DNA of 64,000 bases from an uncultured delta proteobacterium (GCA_963696385.1 CAVOKF010000003.1:512001-576000), one strand, 5' to 3'; shown: positions 28,034 through 38,606, counted from the stretch's first letter. Numbers and translations: made by a program. The notes: a model not told the origin generated them from the letters alone.

Positions 28034-28737
28034 CTAACCCATCGCGATTCCGAGGATGCGCCCGATCGCCGCCGTTGCGGCCATGGCCAGGCCGCCGCCG
28101 ACGATGACACGAAACGCCGCCCGCCCCATCGGCGCCCCCCGAGGTGCCCCCCGAGCGCGCCCAGCGCGGCAAGACTGGCCAACGACAGTCCGGCGATCGC
28201 AGGAACCCGAAAGAGGTTCGGCGTAACGATCAGGGCAACGAGTGGAACGGTGGCGAACGACGCGAAGCTGACTGCCGAGATCCACGCCGCCTGCAATGGG
28301 CGCGAAAGCGACCCAGGCTCGATTCCAAGCTCGTCGCGCATGTGAGCGGCCAGACGGTCGTGCGCGCTAAGCTCTATCGCAACCTTCATCGCAAGGTCCC
28401 GGTCGAGACCCCGTCTCGCATAAATCATCGCAAGCTCGTTGAGCTCGGCCTGCGGGTCCGCCGCGAGCTCGCGCTGTTCGCGGTCGATGTCCGCCTGTTG
28501 CGCATCGCGCTGCGAACTGACCGAGATGTACTCGCCCACCGCCATCGACATCGACCCGGCCACCAGCCCAGCGACACCCGCCACAAGAACCGCGGCTTTC
28601 GACGCGGCAGAAGCCGCCACGCCGACCATCAAGCTCGCCGTGGACACGATCGCGTCATCGGAACCCAGGACGGCAGCCCGTAGCCACGCCGCCCGCCCGC
28701 TCTGATGGCGCTCGAGATGGGTGCCAACTTTTCGCAT
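28034..28737 (-). CDS. VIT1/CCC1 family Fe/Mn transporter; frameshift near 28135
   Basis: WLRAAVLGSDD, SMAVGEYISVSSQRD, HMRDELG. The C-terminal GAPMGRAAFRV...IG continues in ORF 28034..28285 if one base is added to the C6 run at 28135-28140. Confidence 0.88.
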
Positions 28738-29080
28738 TCGAGCGGGCTTTAGCACGGGGTCCCGAAGGCCGGAAAAGCTCGACGATTTCTGCGGCGCGGG
28801 CGCGGCCCCTGCCGCAAACCTCTGACCTCCACGGGCCGGATCGCGGCCGGATCGCGGTGTTCCCCGGCAGATCGCCGGGTCAACGCCCCGCGCGAGCGAA
28901 ATCTTGCGCGAAGCTTGCACGACGCATCCCAGCCGGTGCCGGAGGGTGCTGGCCGAGCGCTTCCGCGACCCCGATGTTTGCAGAGAGCGACAGCTGTGGT
29001 CCCGGACGCCGTCGGTCGTTTTTTCAGTTTCGCACACGATAACTGGCAAACCGTCGCGGCTCGCTGGATCATGACCCTGG

Positions 29081-30127
29081 ATGGCGCCTAGCTCCTTGCA
29101 CTGCGCGCGCGGAGGCCGCGCCTTGTCCTTCTTCGCACTCTTTTGGGTGCTCGCGGCTTGCTTGACGGCCCATTCACCAGCAAGCTCGATGGGATCCCCG
29201 GCGGCGCGCGCTGCCCCGGATGCCGGCGATTCGCGCTCGCGCGACGATGGCGCCGCCCCGACCGCTAGCCCCTCGGCATCCATGGACCCGCAAGTCGTGC
29301 GGAATGAGGACCCGCCAGCCCCGGTGACCAAGGAGCTGCCTCGGGGCGGTCGAACCATCTTTCCGATTCACCGGCTCGTCGGCTTCTGCGGCACGCCAGG
29401 CGCACCTGCGCTCGGCGAACTGCAGGGCAATCTGCCGGTAAAGGTCAAGGCGCTCGAGGCCCAAGCCGCGCACTACGCCGACGGATCGCGCACGCTGCTT
29501 CCGGTGTTCGAGCTCATCGCGGTGGTCGTGCAGTCCGGGCCCGGACCCGACGGCAAATACCGTCGACGCGTGGATGACTCCGTGGTCGACGAATACTTGC
29601 GCTTGGCCCGGAAGGCGAAGGGGCTGATGCTCCTCAACATTCAGCCTGGGCAATCGGATTTCATGACAGAAGTCAAGTCGTTCGATGCGTACTTGCGGGA
29701 GCCCGACGTCGGTGTTGCGCTCGACCCCGAGTGGGCCATGAAGCCGAAGCAACGGCCTGGCGTCTTCTTCGGACAGACGACCGGGCAGATCGTCAACGAA
29801 GTCGCGGAATATCTATCGGGCCTCGTCGCGACAGGCGGACTCCCGGAAAAGGCCCTCGTATTCCACGAGGTCAATCGGGAGGTGTTGAAGGACGAATTCG
29901 TCGTCAGACCCTATCCGGGCGTCGCCGTCATCAAGAGCGTGGACGGGCTGGGGCCCGTGCATGCCAAGATGGCCACGTACCGGAACCTTATGGAGGTCAT
30001 GGCTCCCGGGGTACACCCCGGCTTCAAACTCTTTTTCGATGAGGACAGCCGGAACGGACACCGCCTGATGACCCCGAAGGAGGTCTTGTCGCTGTCGCCC
30101 CAGCCTGAATATGTGATGTACGAGTAG
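29081..30127 (+). CDS. Conserved hypothetical lipoprotein, possibly a TIM-barrel/glycoside-hydrolase-like fold
   Basis: Lipobox LAAC; motifs LLNIQPG, GVALDPEW, DGLG, GFKLFF. Confidence 0.7.
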   Translation: MAPSSLHCARGGRALSFFALFWVLAACLTAHSPASSMGSPAARAAPDAGDSRSRDDGAAPTASPSASMDPQVVRNEDPPAPVTKELPRGGRTIFPIHRLVGFCGTPGAPALGELQGNLPVKVKALEAQAAHYADGSRTLLPVFELIAVVVQSGPGPDGKYRRRVDDSVVDEYLRLARKAKGLMLLNIQPGQSDFMTEVKSFDAYLREPDVGVALDPEWAMKPKQRPGVFFGQTTGQIVNEVAEYLSGLVATGGLPEKALVFHEVNREVLKDEFVVRPYPGVAVIKSVDGLGPVHAKMATYRNLMEVMAPGVHPGFKLFFDEDSRNGHRLMTPKEVLSLSPQPEYVMYE

Positions 30128-30219
30128 CCAAATGTAGGACGGACCAGCCGGTCGGTCTGTCTGCGAGGCATTTCTGAGCCGAAATCGACGCGGCGCGCTA
30201 CTGCTACGACAAAGGCAGC

Positions 30220-30855
30220 ATGCCCCTCTCGCCTCGGCCCCCGCTCCGCGTAGTCAGAAGCCACGGGCAAGCACTTACCGCCGATCCCGAGTTGGCGGAC
30301 GCGCTCATTTCGGGCGAGGCGTGGGCCGCGGCGGCTACCTGGAACAAGCACGCACCGATGGTTTTTCGTTTCTTGCACCGAGCGCTTGGCCCGAACGCCG
30401 ACGTTGAGGATCTCACGCAGGAGGCGTTCGTCGGCGTGTTCTCCAGCGTACGCGCTCTTCGGAATCGCGAGGCGCTCCGCAGCTTCATCTTCTCCGTCGC
30501 CGTCCGCACGCTCCGAGGGGAGCTGCGTCGCCGCCGTGCGCGCCGGCTCTTTCAGCTCTCGGCAATCGGACAGCTTCCGGACGTGGCCGTTCCGGCGCTC
30601 GACGCCGAGTCTCGTCAGGCGCTCCGGCGTTTCTACGGAATCCTCGACCTCTTGAGTGCAGACGAGCGGTCGGCATTCGTTCTTCGCCACCTGGAGGGTC
30701 TGCAGCTCGAGGAGGTGGCAGAAGCGCTCGACATTTCGCTAGCGACGGCCAAACGTCGCCTTCGGCGGGCTTCAGAGCTCGTCGCGCGCCATGCGCATCG
30801 CGATGCGGCCCTCGCGCCGTACGCCAAGACGAGCGGGGCCAGCGATGAGATCTGA
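30220..30855 (+). CDS. ECF RNA polymerase sigma-70 factor
   Basis: Region 2 VEDLTQEAF; region 4 FVLRHLEGLQLEEVAEALDISLATAKRRLRRA. Confidence 0.93.
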   Translation: MPLSPRPPLRVVRSHGQALTADPELADALISGEAWAAAATWNKHAPMVFRFLHRALGPNADVEDLTQEAFVGVFSSVRALRNREALRSFIFSVAVRTLRGELRRRRARRLFQLSAIGQLPDVAVPALDAESRQALRRFYGILDLLSADERSAFVLRHLEGLQLEEVAEALDISLATAKRRLRRASELVARHAHRDAALAPYAKTSGASDEI

Positions 30856-32137
30856 CGACAACAGCGCACGGCTGAGTGACCGCGTGGCGGGCCTCACGGA
30901 GCTCGCACGAGACTCGCTCGGCGAGATGACGGAGCGACAGCGAATACGCGGCCTGGAGGCGCTCCGGACTCGCCTATCCGAGCAGGGCCGCAGCATTTGG
31001 AACGTGCGGCGGTCCGCACTGGCGCTCACCGGGGGATTGGTGCTGGTCGGCTGCGTCGCGCTCGGCGTATCGATCGCCGACCATCGGCGCGAGCACGCGC
31101 CCGCGCTGGCCCTGCGTGTCCAAGGCGGCGAGCTTCTCGATGGGGGCGCCATTCAAGCGTCTGGAAAGGCTCGCCCGCTTCTTCGATTCTCCGACGGAAG
31201 CGAGGTCGCGCTCGGCGAGGGGGCGCACGTGCGTGTGCGTTCGATGGACGCGCATGGCGCGAGGGTGACGCTGCAGGACGGCGACGCGCATGTCTACGTG
31301 GTGCACGCCTCGGGGACTCGCTGGGCTTTCGATGCCGGGCCATTCGTCGTCAACGTCACGGGAACCGCGTTCGGCTTGTCGTGGCATGAGGACACGCAAC
31401 AGCTCGATTTGCAGCTCGAGAATGGAACGGTCACCGTGAGCGGACCTGCGTCCGACGCCCCGCTTGCGATCCGTGCAGGTCAGTGGCTGACGGTGCGGGG
31501 TGGCGACGTGCTGATTCGCAGCTTGACCGCCGAGCAAGCAGACGTTTCCAGCACCGAAAACGCGGGCGTGAAGCCGCCTTCCGAGGAGCTCGCCGCGAGT
31601 GCGCCGTCGGTAGCGGGTCACGATGTTGGCGAACCTGCTGGAGCGCGCCGTGCGGCGCCGCGACGTGCCAGTGCCCATCACTGGGTGGAGGACCTGGCGA
31701 ATGGTCGCTTCGAGGCCATCGTGTCTCAGGCGGTCGCCCTGGGTACCGAAACGGCGATCGCCGAAAGCTCGGCCGATGAACTCGCAGCCTTGGCCGACGC
31801 CGCCCGGTACACTCGGCGCCAGGACATCGCCCACAGCGCTCTCATAGGCCTGCGGCGTCGTTTCCCGGCATCGGAGCACGCCAATGTGGCGGCCTTTCAC
31901 CTCGGACGAATGTCCGAGGCGGACGGAGATACGCGCACGGCATTTTCGTGGTTTGACACGTATCTGGGAGAGGATCCGAACGGCGCTTACGCTTCGGAGG
32001 CCCTAGGACGTAAGATGACGCTGGTGCAGCTTCTCGAGGGAAAGCAGGCCGCACGAGCCGTGGCGGAGGCGTACTTGCGCCGTTTCCCGGGCGGAACGTA
32101 CGCGGCAACCGCCCGGGCGCTGACCAACGCGCCGTGA
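30845..32137 (+). CDS. FecR-domain anti-sigma-like membrane protein with C-terminal TPR
   Basis: Overlaps the sigma gene stop. TM helix, FSDGSEV, VTGTAF, GTVTV, then TPR (YLRRFPGG). Confidence 0.85.
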   Translation: MRSDDNSARLSDRVAGLTELARDSLGEMTERQRIRGLEALRTRLSEQGRSIWNVRRSALALTGGLVLVGCVALGVSIADHRREHAPALALRVQGGELLDGGAIQASGKARPLLRFSDGSEVALGEGAHVRVRSMDAHGARVTLQDGDAHVYVVHASGTRWAFDAGPFVVNVTGTAFGLSWHEDTQQLDLQLENGTVTVSGPASDAPLAIRAGQWLTVRGGDVLIRSLTAEQADVSSTENAGVKPPSEELAASAPSVAGHDVGEPAGARRAAPRRASAHHWVEDLANGRFEAIVSQAVALGTETAIAESSADELAALADAARYTRRQDIAHSALIGLRRRFPASEHANVAAFHLGRMSEADGDTRTAFSWFDTYLGEDPNGAYASEALGRKMTLVQLLEGKQAARAVAEAYLRRFPGGTYAATARALTNAP

Positions 32138-33200
32138 GCGGTCGCTGGCGTCGTACGCTGGCAGTACGGCTGGTCGCATGGCTGAGCTCAACGCTCGGAC
32201 TGATCGGAGCGCCCGCATGGGCCGGCTCCGGCCGCGTCATACTGATTCGACCGACGGCCGCCGACGAAACGATTGGCGAGGCACTCAACCGGGTGCGGGG
32301 CGAGCTTGTGGCTGAGGGGTTCGACGTGGCCGAGGTGGATGTGTTGCCGGACTTGGCCCCGCCGGCCCCAGGCCGTGTCGCCCCCCAAGACGCCGCGTTG
32401 GCCACGATCAATCTCTCCGTCGAGGAGGGGGCGCACGTCGTCGATCTGCGGGTGATCGACCGGATCAACAACAAAACGGTCATCCGGCGAACGCCCGTCG
32501 AGGGCGGAACAACGTCCAGCACCGCGGAGATCCTCGCGGTCCGCGCCGTGGAGCTGCTGCGCGCCAGCCTGCTCGAGTTGTTGCTGGAGTCCCGCCCCCC
32601 AACCCCGGCCCCAAACGCAACGGCCGTCGCCGAGGTGCGCCACGCGTCGAAGTGGGCCGCTCAAGGCCTGCCGCACGAGCGGGAACCGGTGTGGGCCGTC
32701 GAGGTGGGGGCGGTCGTCGTCACGGACCTCGGGGGATCCCTCCGGCCGTGCTGGCGCTCGCGCGGATCCGCCGCGCGCTTTTCGGTCCGCTATCGCTGCG
32801 CGCAACGGTCGCGGGTCTCGGAACCGAGATGCGTGCTGCGTCAGCCGTGGGAGAGGCAACGGTCACGCAGAACATCGGCCTGATCGAGTGCGTCGCATCG
32901 CTCTGGGCAACAGCCGTGATTCATCCCGTCGTCTCGATCGGCGCGGGCGTCATTTATACCTCTGTGGAAGGTCACGCGGTATTTCCGTATCAGGCTCAGT
33001 CCAATCCCCCCCAGTGGTCCGCGGCAGCCGATGCGAGTCTCGGCGCCGAGATGAAACTCGACCGCCGTTTCGCCCTTTCGATCGAAGGCCACGCGTTGCT
33101 CGCGCAACCGTATCCCGTCGTCCAGTTGCTCGGCGCCGACGTCGCGCGGACCGGACATCCGGCGATTCTCGGGTCGGTGTCCGTCGTGGGGTGGCTGTGA
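32134..33200 (+). CDS. Secreted/outer-membrane hypothetical protein; frameshift at G5 32731-32735
   Basis: ORFs 32134..32883 and 32652..33200 join as DLGGIPPAV with one extra G. GTGA overlaps with both neighbours. Confidence 0.7.
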
Positions 33201-34141
33201 TCCAAAGGCGCCCGCAGCGGCGGACGGCGCTGGCCGCAATCGCGTCCTTGTGCGCGACCGCATTTGCGTGCAATCCCGCCCCCATCAACGCGGTCGAGCT
33301 GGATCTGAGCTCTCAGCTCATCGCCTACTACCCGTTCGATGACGGAAGCGGAAATATCGTACACGATCACTCCGGTCACAACCTCGATGGGACACTCCTC
33401 GGCGGTACGTGGAACTGGATCCCCGATGGGAAGTTCGGCGGCGCGCTTCATCTCGACGCTTACAGCTACGTGACCGTCGGGAGTCCGCCGAACGCCAGCT
33501 CGCCCGACGCCACCTTGCCCGACGCAGGCTCGCCCGACGCAGGCTCGCCCGACGCAGGCTCGCCCGACGCCAGCTCGCCCGACGCGGGCTTGCTCGACAC
33601 AAGCTCGCCCGACGCGGGCTTCCCGAACCAAATCTGGTCCAGTTTCACGGTATCCACTTGGGTCCGGACGAGCGGTTGGTACGACGCGGCGCAATTTGAG
33701 ACGGTGGCCAGCACCGAAGAGGTGTTCGACGGCGGCTGGGAGATCAACATCGAGAACGACCCGGGCGGCGCAGTCGAGTTGCAGGCGGCGTTCTACGACC
33801 ATCTCCAGCCCCCCATGATGAACCACGGGTACAGGGAGTACGACTGCTTATGCTTGCCACCGGACGTCTGGACACACTTTGCGTTCGTGGTCGACGGAGT
33901 GGCTCATACGATGACGACCTACGTCAACGGCCAGCTCGCGCCCAGCACCTCGATGTTTTCCAACCCGGTTACGGCTCCAGACCCCATATTTCCGGGCGCC
34001 CCCGTGCTATCGATCGGGACCTGGTCGGGACCTGGTCCGCGCTTTCTGATTGGGGACATCGATGACCTGGCCATTTATGGTCGAGCGCTCCAACCGGCCG
34101 AGATTCTCGCGCTGCAACAAAACCCTCCGATCCCGCCCTGA
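33197..34141 (+). CDS. LamG-like (concanavalin A-like) jelly-roll lipoprotein
   Basis: AFAC lipobox, LIAYYPFDDGSG, GKFGGAL, FTVSTWV, WTHFAFV, YVNG, GDIDDLAIYGRAL. Confidence 0.88.
   Translation: MIQRRPQRRTALAAIASLCATAFACNPAPINAVELDLSSQLIAYYPFDDGSGNIVHDHSGHNLDGTLLGGTWNWIPDGKFGGALHLDAYSYVTVGSPPNASSPDATLPDAGSPDAGSPDAGSPDASSPDAGLLDTSSPDAGFPNQIWSSFTVSTWVRTSGWYDAAQFETVASTEEVFDGGWEINIENDPGGAVELQAAFYDHLQPPMMNHGYREYDCLCLPPDVWTHFAFVVDGVAHTMTTYVNGQLAPSTSMFSNPVTAPDPIFPGAPVLSIGTWSGPGPRFLIGDIDDLAIYGRALQPAEILALQQNPPIPP
33497..33620 (+). repeat. 15-nt tandem repeat encoding SPDAG (about 8 units)
   Basis: GCTCGCCCGACGCAG units repeated in frame. Confidence 0.92.
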
Positions 34142-34147
34142 CTCGCG

Positions 34148-34402
34148 GTGGCGTGGTCTGGGGCTGGCCTGTCGGGCGAAGCCGCCGCGCAGCCGTCGCC
34201 GCCGGAGCCGCCTCCACCGCCCCCCGCGTTCGTGGCGACCGTGGAGCCCGTGTACTACGAAGGCCACGCGGCCTATGGGTGTGGGGCCTGGTACTGGCGC
34301 GATCCGCATGGGTGGCATGGGTACCCGAGCGAGCCCGTATTCCTTCGGGATCGGCGGGGGCCCTCGCCGCCGCCGCGCCACCACTACGAGCGACGACGCT
34401 GA
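34148..34402 (+). CDS. Small Pro/Tyr/Trp-rich protein, possibly 5'-truncated
   Basis: PPPPPAFVATVEPVYYEGH..YWRD..GW looks like a real myxobacterial small secreted protein, but there is no clear SD or full signal peptide. Confidence 0.45.
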   Translation: MAWSGAGLSGEAAAQPSPPEPPPPPPAFVATVEPVYYEGHAAYGCGAWYWRDPHGWHGYPSEPVFLRDRRGPSPPPRHHYERRR

Positions 34403-34499
34403 CGGCGTGTTCCGCGGCGGCGGAGGTCCTCGACGCCCGAGTCACTCCCGGTCGGAGGCGGCACGGCGCGTCGGACGCTTTTCGGCTGGAGGCCTCGTC

Positions 34500-34724
34500 C
34501 TCGCTACGCCGGGGCTGTCCGCGGGCGCGTTGCCGGCGGCTCGAATCCAAACCTTTGGCAAGCGGACGTCCGAGCAAAGCCCTCGAACCGGCACGGGGCA
34601 CGACGCCTGCCGAACGGCAACGCGGGCACTCGTAGCTCTCCACGTCCCACGCCAATCCGGGGGGCCCGAAGGGGCCTCCGCCGGAACCTCCGCAAGCGGG
34701 ACAAGTCATGGGGTTTTCCATCAT
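34500..34724 (-). CDS. Small zinc-finger protein (CPACGGSG...CPRC); 3' end uncertain
   Basis: Two CxxC motifs of DnaJ-like type at the N-terminus. The ORF reads on to 33969 across opposite-strand genes, so the true stop is doubtful. Confidence 0.5.
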
Positions 34725-34835
34725 CGGGTATCCCTCTTATGCCGCAGACCGCATGCGCCGGGCTGTTGTCCATGCCATCGGCTGAACGGACCGTCATGCG
34801 AGCGGGCTGTCACCCTAAAGTCCGTATGAGTTCCG

Positions 34836-34907
34836 TGGGCGCAGAGGGATTCGGACCCCCGACTTCGTCCGTGTGAAGGACGCACTCTACCGCTGAGTTA
34901 TGCGCCC
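34836..34907 (-). tRNA. tRNA-Val (anticodon CAC)
   Basis: GGGCGCATAACTCAGCGGTAGAGTGCGTCCTTCACACGGACGAAGTCGGGGGTCCGAATCCCTCTGCGCCCA folds as a cloverleaf; CCA not encoded. Confidence 0.93.
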
Positions 34908-34989
34908 AAAGCCGATCAGCGTCCGACCGTACCGCGCAAGAACGGCAACGGCAAGAGTGACTTCGCGTTCGACCGGTGCCTTGCCCGAA

Positions 34990-35640
34990 TCACGGCACCC
35001 CCACGACGCCGAGCGTGGCCGCGCGAATTTTTCGCCAAAGATCCTCGCGACCCTCGCCGGTCGTCGCGCTGAAGCCCAGCACGGGAAAGGGGCGCGCGCC
35101 CAGACGCACTTTTTCGAGAGCGGGTTTCCGCGCAGCCAAGCTCAGCTTGTCGATCTTGGTTGCGACCCAAATGACTTCCAGCGGCTTTGGCCCCGTAACC
35201 GTCCGAGGTCGACGCAAGAAATCCATCAGTTGCCGCTCTTCTTCTTCGATGCCGCGACGCACGTCTACGAGAAGCACGACGGCACGCAGACCGGTGCGCT
35301 GGGTCAGGTAACCCTCAATCATCGTCTGCCACTGCGACCGCTCGTCCTTCGACCGACGCGCCCAGCCGTAGCCGGGTAAGTCGACGAAGCGCAGGTTTAG
35401 GCCATCTGCGCAACGCACTTCGAACACATTCAATTGCCGCGTGCACCCGGGCGTGTTGCTCGTCCGTGCCAATCCCCGACGCTGCATCGTGGCATTGAGG
35501 AGGCTCGACTTGCCGACGTTCGAACGGCCGGCAAAAGCCACTTCGATGAGCGTCGGGGGCGGAAGCGATGCATCGTCGACGGCTCCCGCGACGAAGGACG
35601 CGTCGATCACTCTCGTCTCGGTCGGTCCTATCTCTTTCAT
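34990..35640 (-). CDS. engB: Ribosome biogenesis GTP-binding protein YihA/YsxC
   Basis: AFAGRSNVGKSSLLN, TPGCT, DLPGYG, TKIDK. Confidence 0.95.
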   Translation of the reverse strand: MKEIGPTETRVIDASFVAGAVDDASLPPPTLIEVAFAGRSNVGKSSLLNATMQRRGLARTSNTPGCTRQLNVFEVRCADGLNLRFVDLPGYGWARRSKDERSQWQTMIEGYLTQRTGLRAVVLLVDVRRGIEEEERQLMDFLRRPRTVTGPKPLEVIWVATKIDKLSLAARKPALEKVRLGARPFPVLGFSATTGEGREDLWRKIRAATLGVVGVP

Positions 35641-37282
35641 CGCAACCCCTCCTTGGCTCTGCGCTGACCCCGCCCGATCCGGCGACGGGCCGCGTTTCGA
35701 ATTTCGTCCAATTCCGGCGCCCCAAGGCCCCACGCGACGGCCAGAAATGCGATGGCAAACGCAACCGACCCACCCGTGCCCGGAAGCATGCGCGCGATCG
35801 CGGGCGGGATGGCGCCCGATCCGCGCGCAGCGAGACTCCGAGCCGTCCCCCACGCCGCCATCGACGCCACCACCGACGCAAACAGCGTCCGGATGGTCGA
35901 CCTCAATAGGCTTGCGCCGCAGAGCGTCCCGATCCGCCGTTTGAGACCCGCAAGAAGCAACACCATTTGAATCGCGCTCGAGCCCGCGACCGCGACGCTG
36001 ACCCCGACATGCCCAAGCGGTGCGCGCAGGGTCGTCGCAAGCCCGATGAAGACGACGAGGTCCATCGCGCTGACAACGACTGGCGTGCCGGTGTCCCCGA
36101 GCGCATACAGCGCCGCCACCGTTTGTCTGACGACGGCCACCGTCCAGATTGCGCCGCCCTGCCACACGAGAGCTCTCGCGGTCTCGTGCGCGGCGCGAGC
36201 GTCGAACGCACCGCGTTCGAAGAGGGCGACAACGATCGGCTCGCCGACGACGACGAAGAGAGCGCTCGCAGGCACAGCCACGAACATGGCCAGGTTCACG
36301 CCGTGTGCCCATGCGCTGGCGAGTTCGCGTGTGGCCCCTTTCGCGGCGAGCATCGACAACGAGGGCAGCGCCGCCGTCGACAGCGCCATGACGAAAATGC
36401 CTTGAGGAAAGTCGCAGAGACGCATCGCCCATGAGAAGTAGCTCTGTGCCCCGCTGCCGAGACCGGCCAAGAAGCGACGCGAGATGATCAGATCGATCGA
36501 ATAAATGCCGATCCCCAGTGTGAGCGGTGCGATTCTCCGCAGGACTCTCCGCACGTCATCGTCGAAGACGAAGCGGGGGCGCCCTGCGAACCCGATCGCC
36601 CGAAGCGCGGGCCACTGAGCGACCACTTGCAAGAGCCCGCCGACAAGAGCGCCCAGGGCGAGCGCGATCACGGGGTCCTTTCCCTGCGAGGCGAGAACGT
36701 GCGGCAGCCAAAGCGCGGCCGCCAAGAGCGCCACGTTGAGCAAACCTGGAGCGAATGCCGCCACCGCAAAGCGCCGCTTCGCGTTCAACGCCGCCATGCC
36801 GAGCGCGGCATTGCCCATGAAGAACAGGTACGGGAAGATCCAGCGCGTCAGCGTCACGGTCCGGTCGAACTCTCCCGGTCGACCCCCATACGTCCCGACG
36901 AAGATCTCCGTCACGGGGCGAGCGAAAATCATGCCGAGCGCAGTCACGACCACCAGCGCGACCAACGAGGCGCCGCGCACGCGCGCAAAAAACAAGCGCG
37001 CCGCGTCGTCGCCCTCACGAGACATTTTTCCGCCAGCAACGGGACGACCGCGCTGGTAACGGCGCCCTCCCCGAGAAGCTGACGAAGGGCGTTGGGTATG
37101 GTGAACGCGATCCACCACGCATCGGTAGCGTCGCGATCGAAGATCGCCGCAAGGCCCATGTCACGAAATAGGCCGAGGATGCGCGACACGAGCGTGCCGG
37201 CTCCAACGATGGTGGCTCGCGCGATGAGCCGGCGCCGCTCGTGCTCCGTCTCGCGATCGAGCGTCGCTTCCGGGCTCGTCAC
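35637..37282 (-). CDS. murJ: Lipid II flippase MurJ; apparent frameshift at 37025-37029
   Basis: SRILGLFRD and FTIPNALRQLLGEGA lie in one frame, the rest (RLCDFPQG, ERGAF) in another. One extra A restores AEKMSREG. Confidence 0.92.
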
Positions 37283-37287
37283 CGCCT

Positions 37288-37635
37288 TCACAGCCGGGGA
37301 ATGGGGCCGCGCTCGATCACGCCGCACGACTCACACTGACAAAGTGTTCGAAGGTACTTGAACGAATAAATGCCGGTCGAATGCCCGTCGAACCATTTGA
37401 GCGCGAGCGCATATCCGCCCACGCGCTCAATGTCTTCGAGCTCGCGCTGTGTGTCGGTCGATTCGATGAATCGAATGTCGCCCGAGTGACCCTGGCAACC
37501 GGCGCAAGGACAGAACCCGCGCAGAACCTCGTGCGGATACAAGCCCTTATGCCCGTCCGCCCAATCGATCTCGGTCGTGCGCCCGCCTCGCGGAGAGCGA
37601 ATCCTCACGGGCTTGAAGCGCAGATCCTGGGTCAT
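37288..37635 (-). CDS. DUF971 / gamma-butyrobetaine hydroxylase-like N-terminal domain protein
   Basis: IDWADGH, LRGFCPCAGC, VGGYAL..WFDGHSTGIYSFKYL. Confidence 0.9.
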   Translation of the reverse strand: MTQDLRFKPVRIRSPRGGRTTEIDWADGHKGLYPHEVLRGFCPCAGCQGHSGDIRFIESTDTQRELEDIERVGGYALALKWFDGHSTGIYSFKYLRTLCQCESCGVIERGPIPRL

Positions 37636-38606
37636 GCGAGGCCCCTTCGAACGGACTCGATCGCGGCGCGGGCTTTCCCAAGCCCCAAAAGACCCGCCAC
37701 GGCGCCGGGGCGGGCGATCGCCTTTTTGCCCATGATGTGCCCGATGCGCAACGCAGAACGCCAGAGGCCCGGATTCGTCCACTCGGCCGAGCGCGGTGTG
37801 ATGTGCGCGGCGGCAAGCGTCGCGAGCGTCCCCGCGATGAACGCATCGCCTGCACCCGTCGCGTCGACACAGCGCGCACGCATGGCAGGGACGTCGACTT
37901 CGCCATGCGGCCCGATGGCGCTCGCGCGATCGGCGCCACGTGTGATGAGCCAAGTGGCGCCGGGGGCATTGCGCTCCAGCCAACGCAAACCGGTGCCTCG
38001 CTCGCCAAGGGCGCGCAGATCCGCGTTGCTCGCCTTAACGATCGCGGCGCGCCCGGCCAGCCCGGCAATCGCGTTGCGCATCGATTCGCGATCGGCCCAA
38101 AGATGCGGGCGCACGTTGAGATCGACGAAGAGTTGCGCACCCGCCGATCGAGCGACATCGAGGAACCGGTCGGTAGCCCTGGCGAGCTCGGGCGTCATCG
38201 AGGTACTCGTTCCCACGAGCGCCCAGCGCGCGCGCCCCATTGGCGAGGTCACGTGTTCTGCGACCATCGCCAGGTCGGCGGACTGATGGCGATAGAATAG
38301 AAAATCCGGCTCCCCGCGAGAATCCCGAAGCACGAATGCCAGCCCGGTCCGGTTGGGCAATCGTTGGACGAAACGCACATCGACGCCATCGCCGCGCAGA
38401 TGCGCGATGAGCGCGTCGCCGAAGCGATCGCGCCCGACGCCCCCGACGACGGCGGCCTTGGCGCCCAACCTGGCAAGCCCTGTGGCGACGTTGGCCGGCG
38501 CGCCCCCGAGTTCGCGCCGAAACGTGCGCGCGATCGGTTCGCGCTCCCGCCCGCCGATCTCGAACAGGTCCCATAGGATCTCACCGAAGCAGACGACGTC
38601 GAGCAT
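37632..38606 (-). CDS. PfkB-family carbohydrate kinase (fructokinase-like)
   Basis: GEILWD, GGAPANVA, DLNVR, DATGAGDAF. Confidence 0.93.
   Translation of the reverse strand: MLDVVCFGEILWDLFEIGGREREPIARTFRRELGGAPANVATGLARLGAKAAVVGGVGRDRFGDALIAHLRGDGVDVRFVQRLPNRTGLAFVLRDSRGEPDFLFYRHQSADLAMVAEHVTSPMGRARWALVGTSTSMTPELARATDRFLDVARSAGAQLFVDLNVRPHLWADRESMRNAIAGLAGRAAIVKASNADLRALGERGTGLRWLERNAPGATWLITRGADRASAIGPHGEVDVPAMRARCVDATGAGDAFIAGTLATLAAAHITPRSAEWTNPGLWRSALRIGHIMGKKAIARPGAVAGLLGLGKARAAIESVRRGLA

Noticed and set aside
28835..28857. Short direct repeat GCCGGATCGCG x2 in the VIT1 upstream region
   Set aside because: Only two GC-rich units; no other support for function.
29030..29080. GGCAAACC suggesting a c-di-GMP-I riboswitch
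   Set aside because: No GNRA-capped stem or downstream GCAAAG element; motif incomplete.
35637..37282. murJ as a pseudogene or programmed frameshift
   Set aside because: A single homopolymer indel in a normally essential gene, alongside several similar indels; assembly error is more parsimonious.
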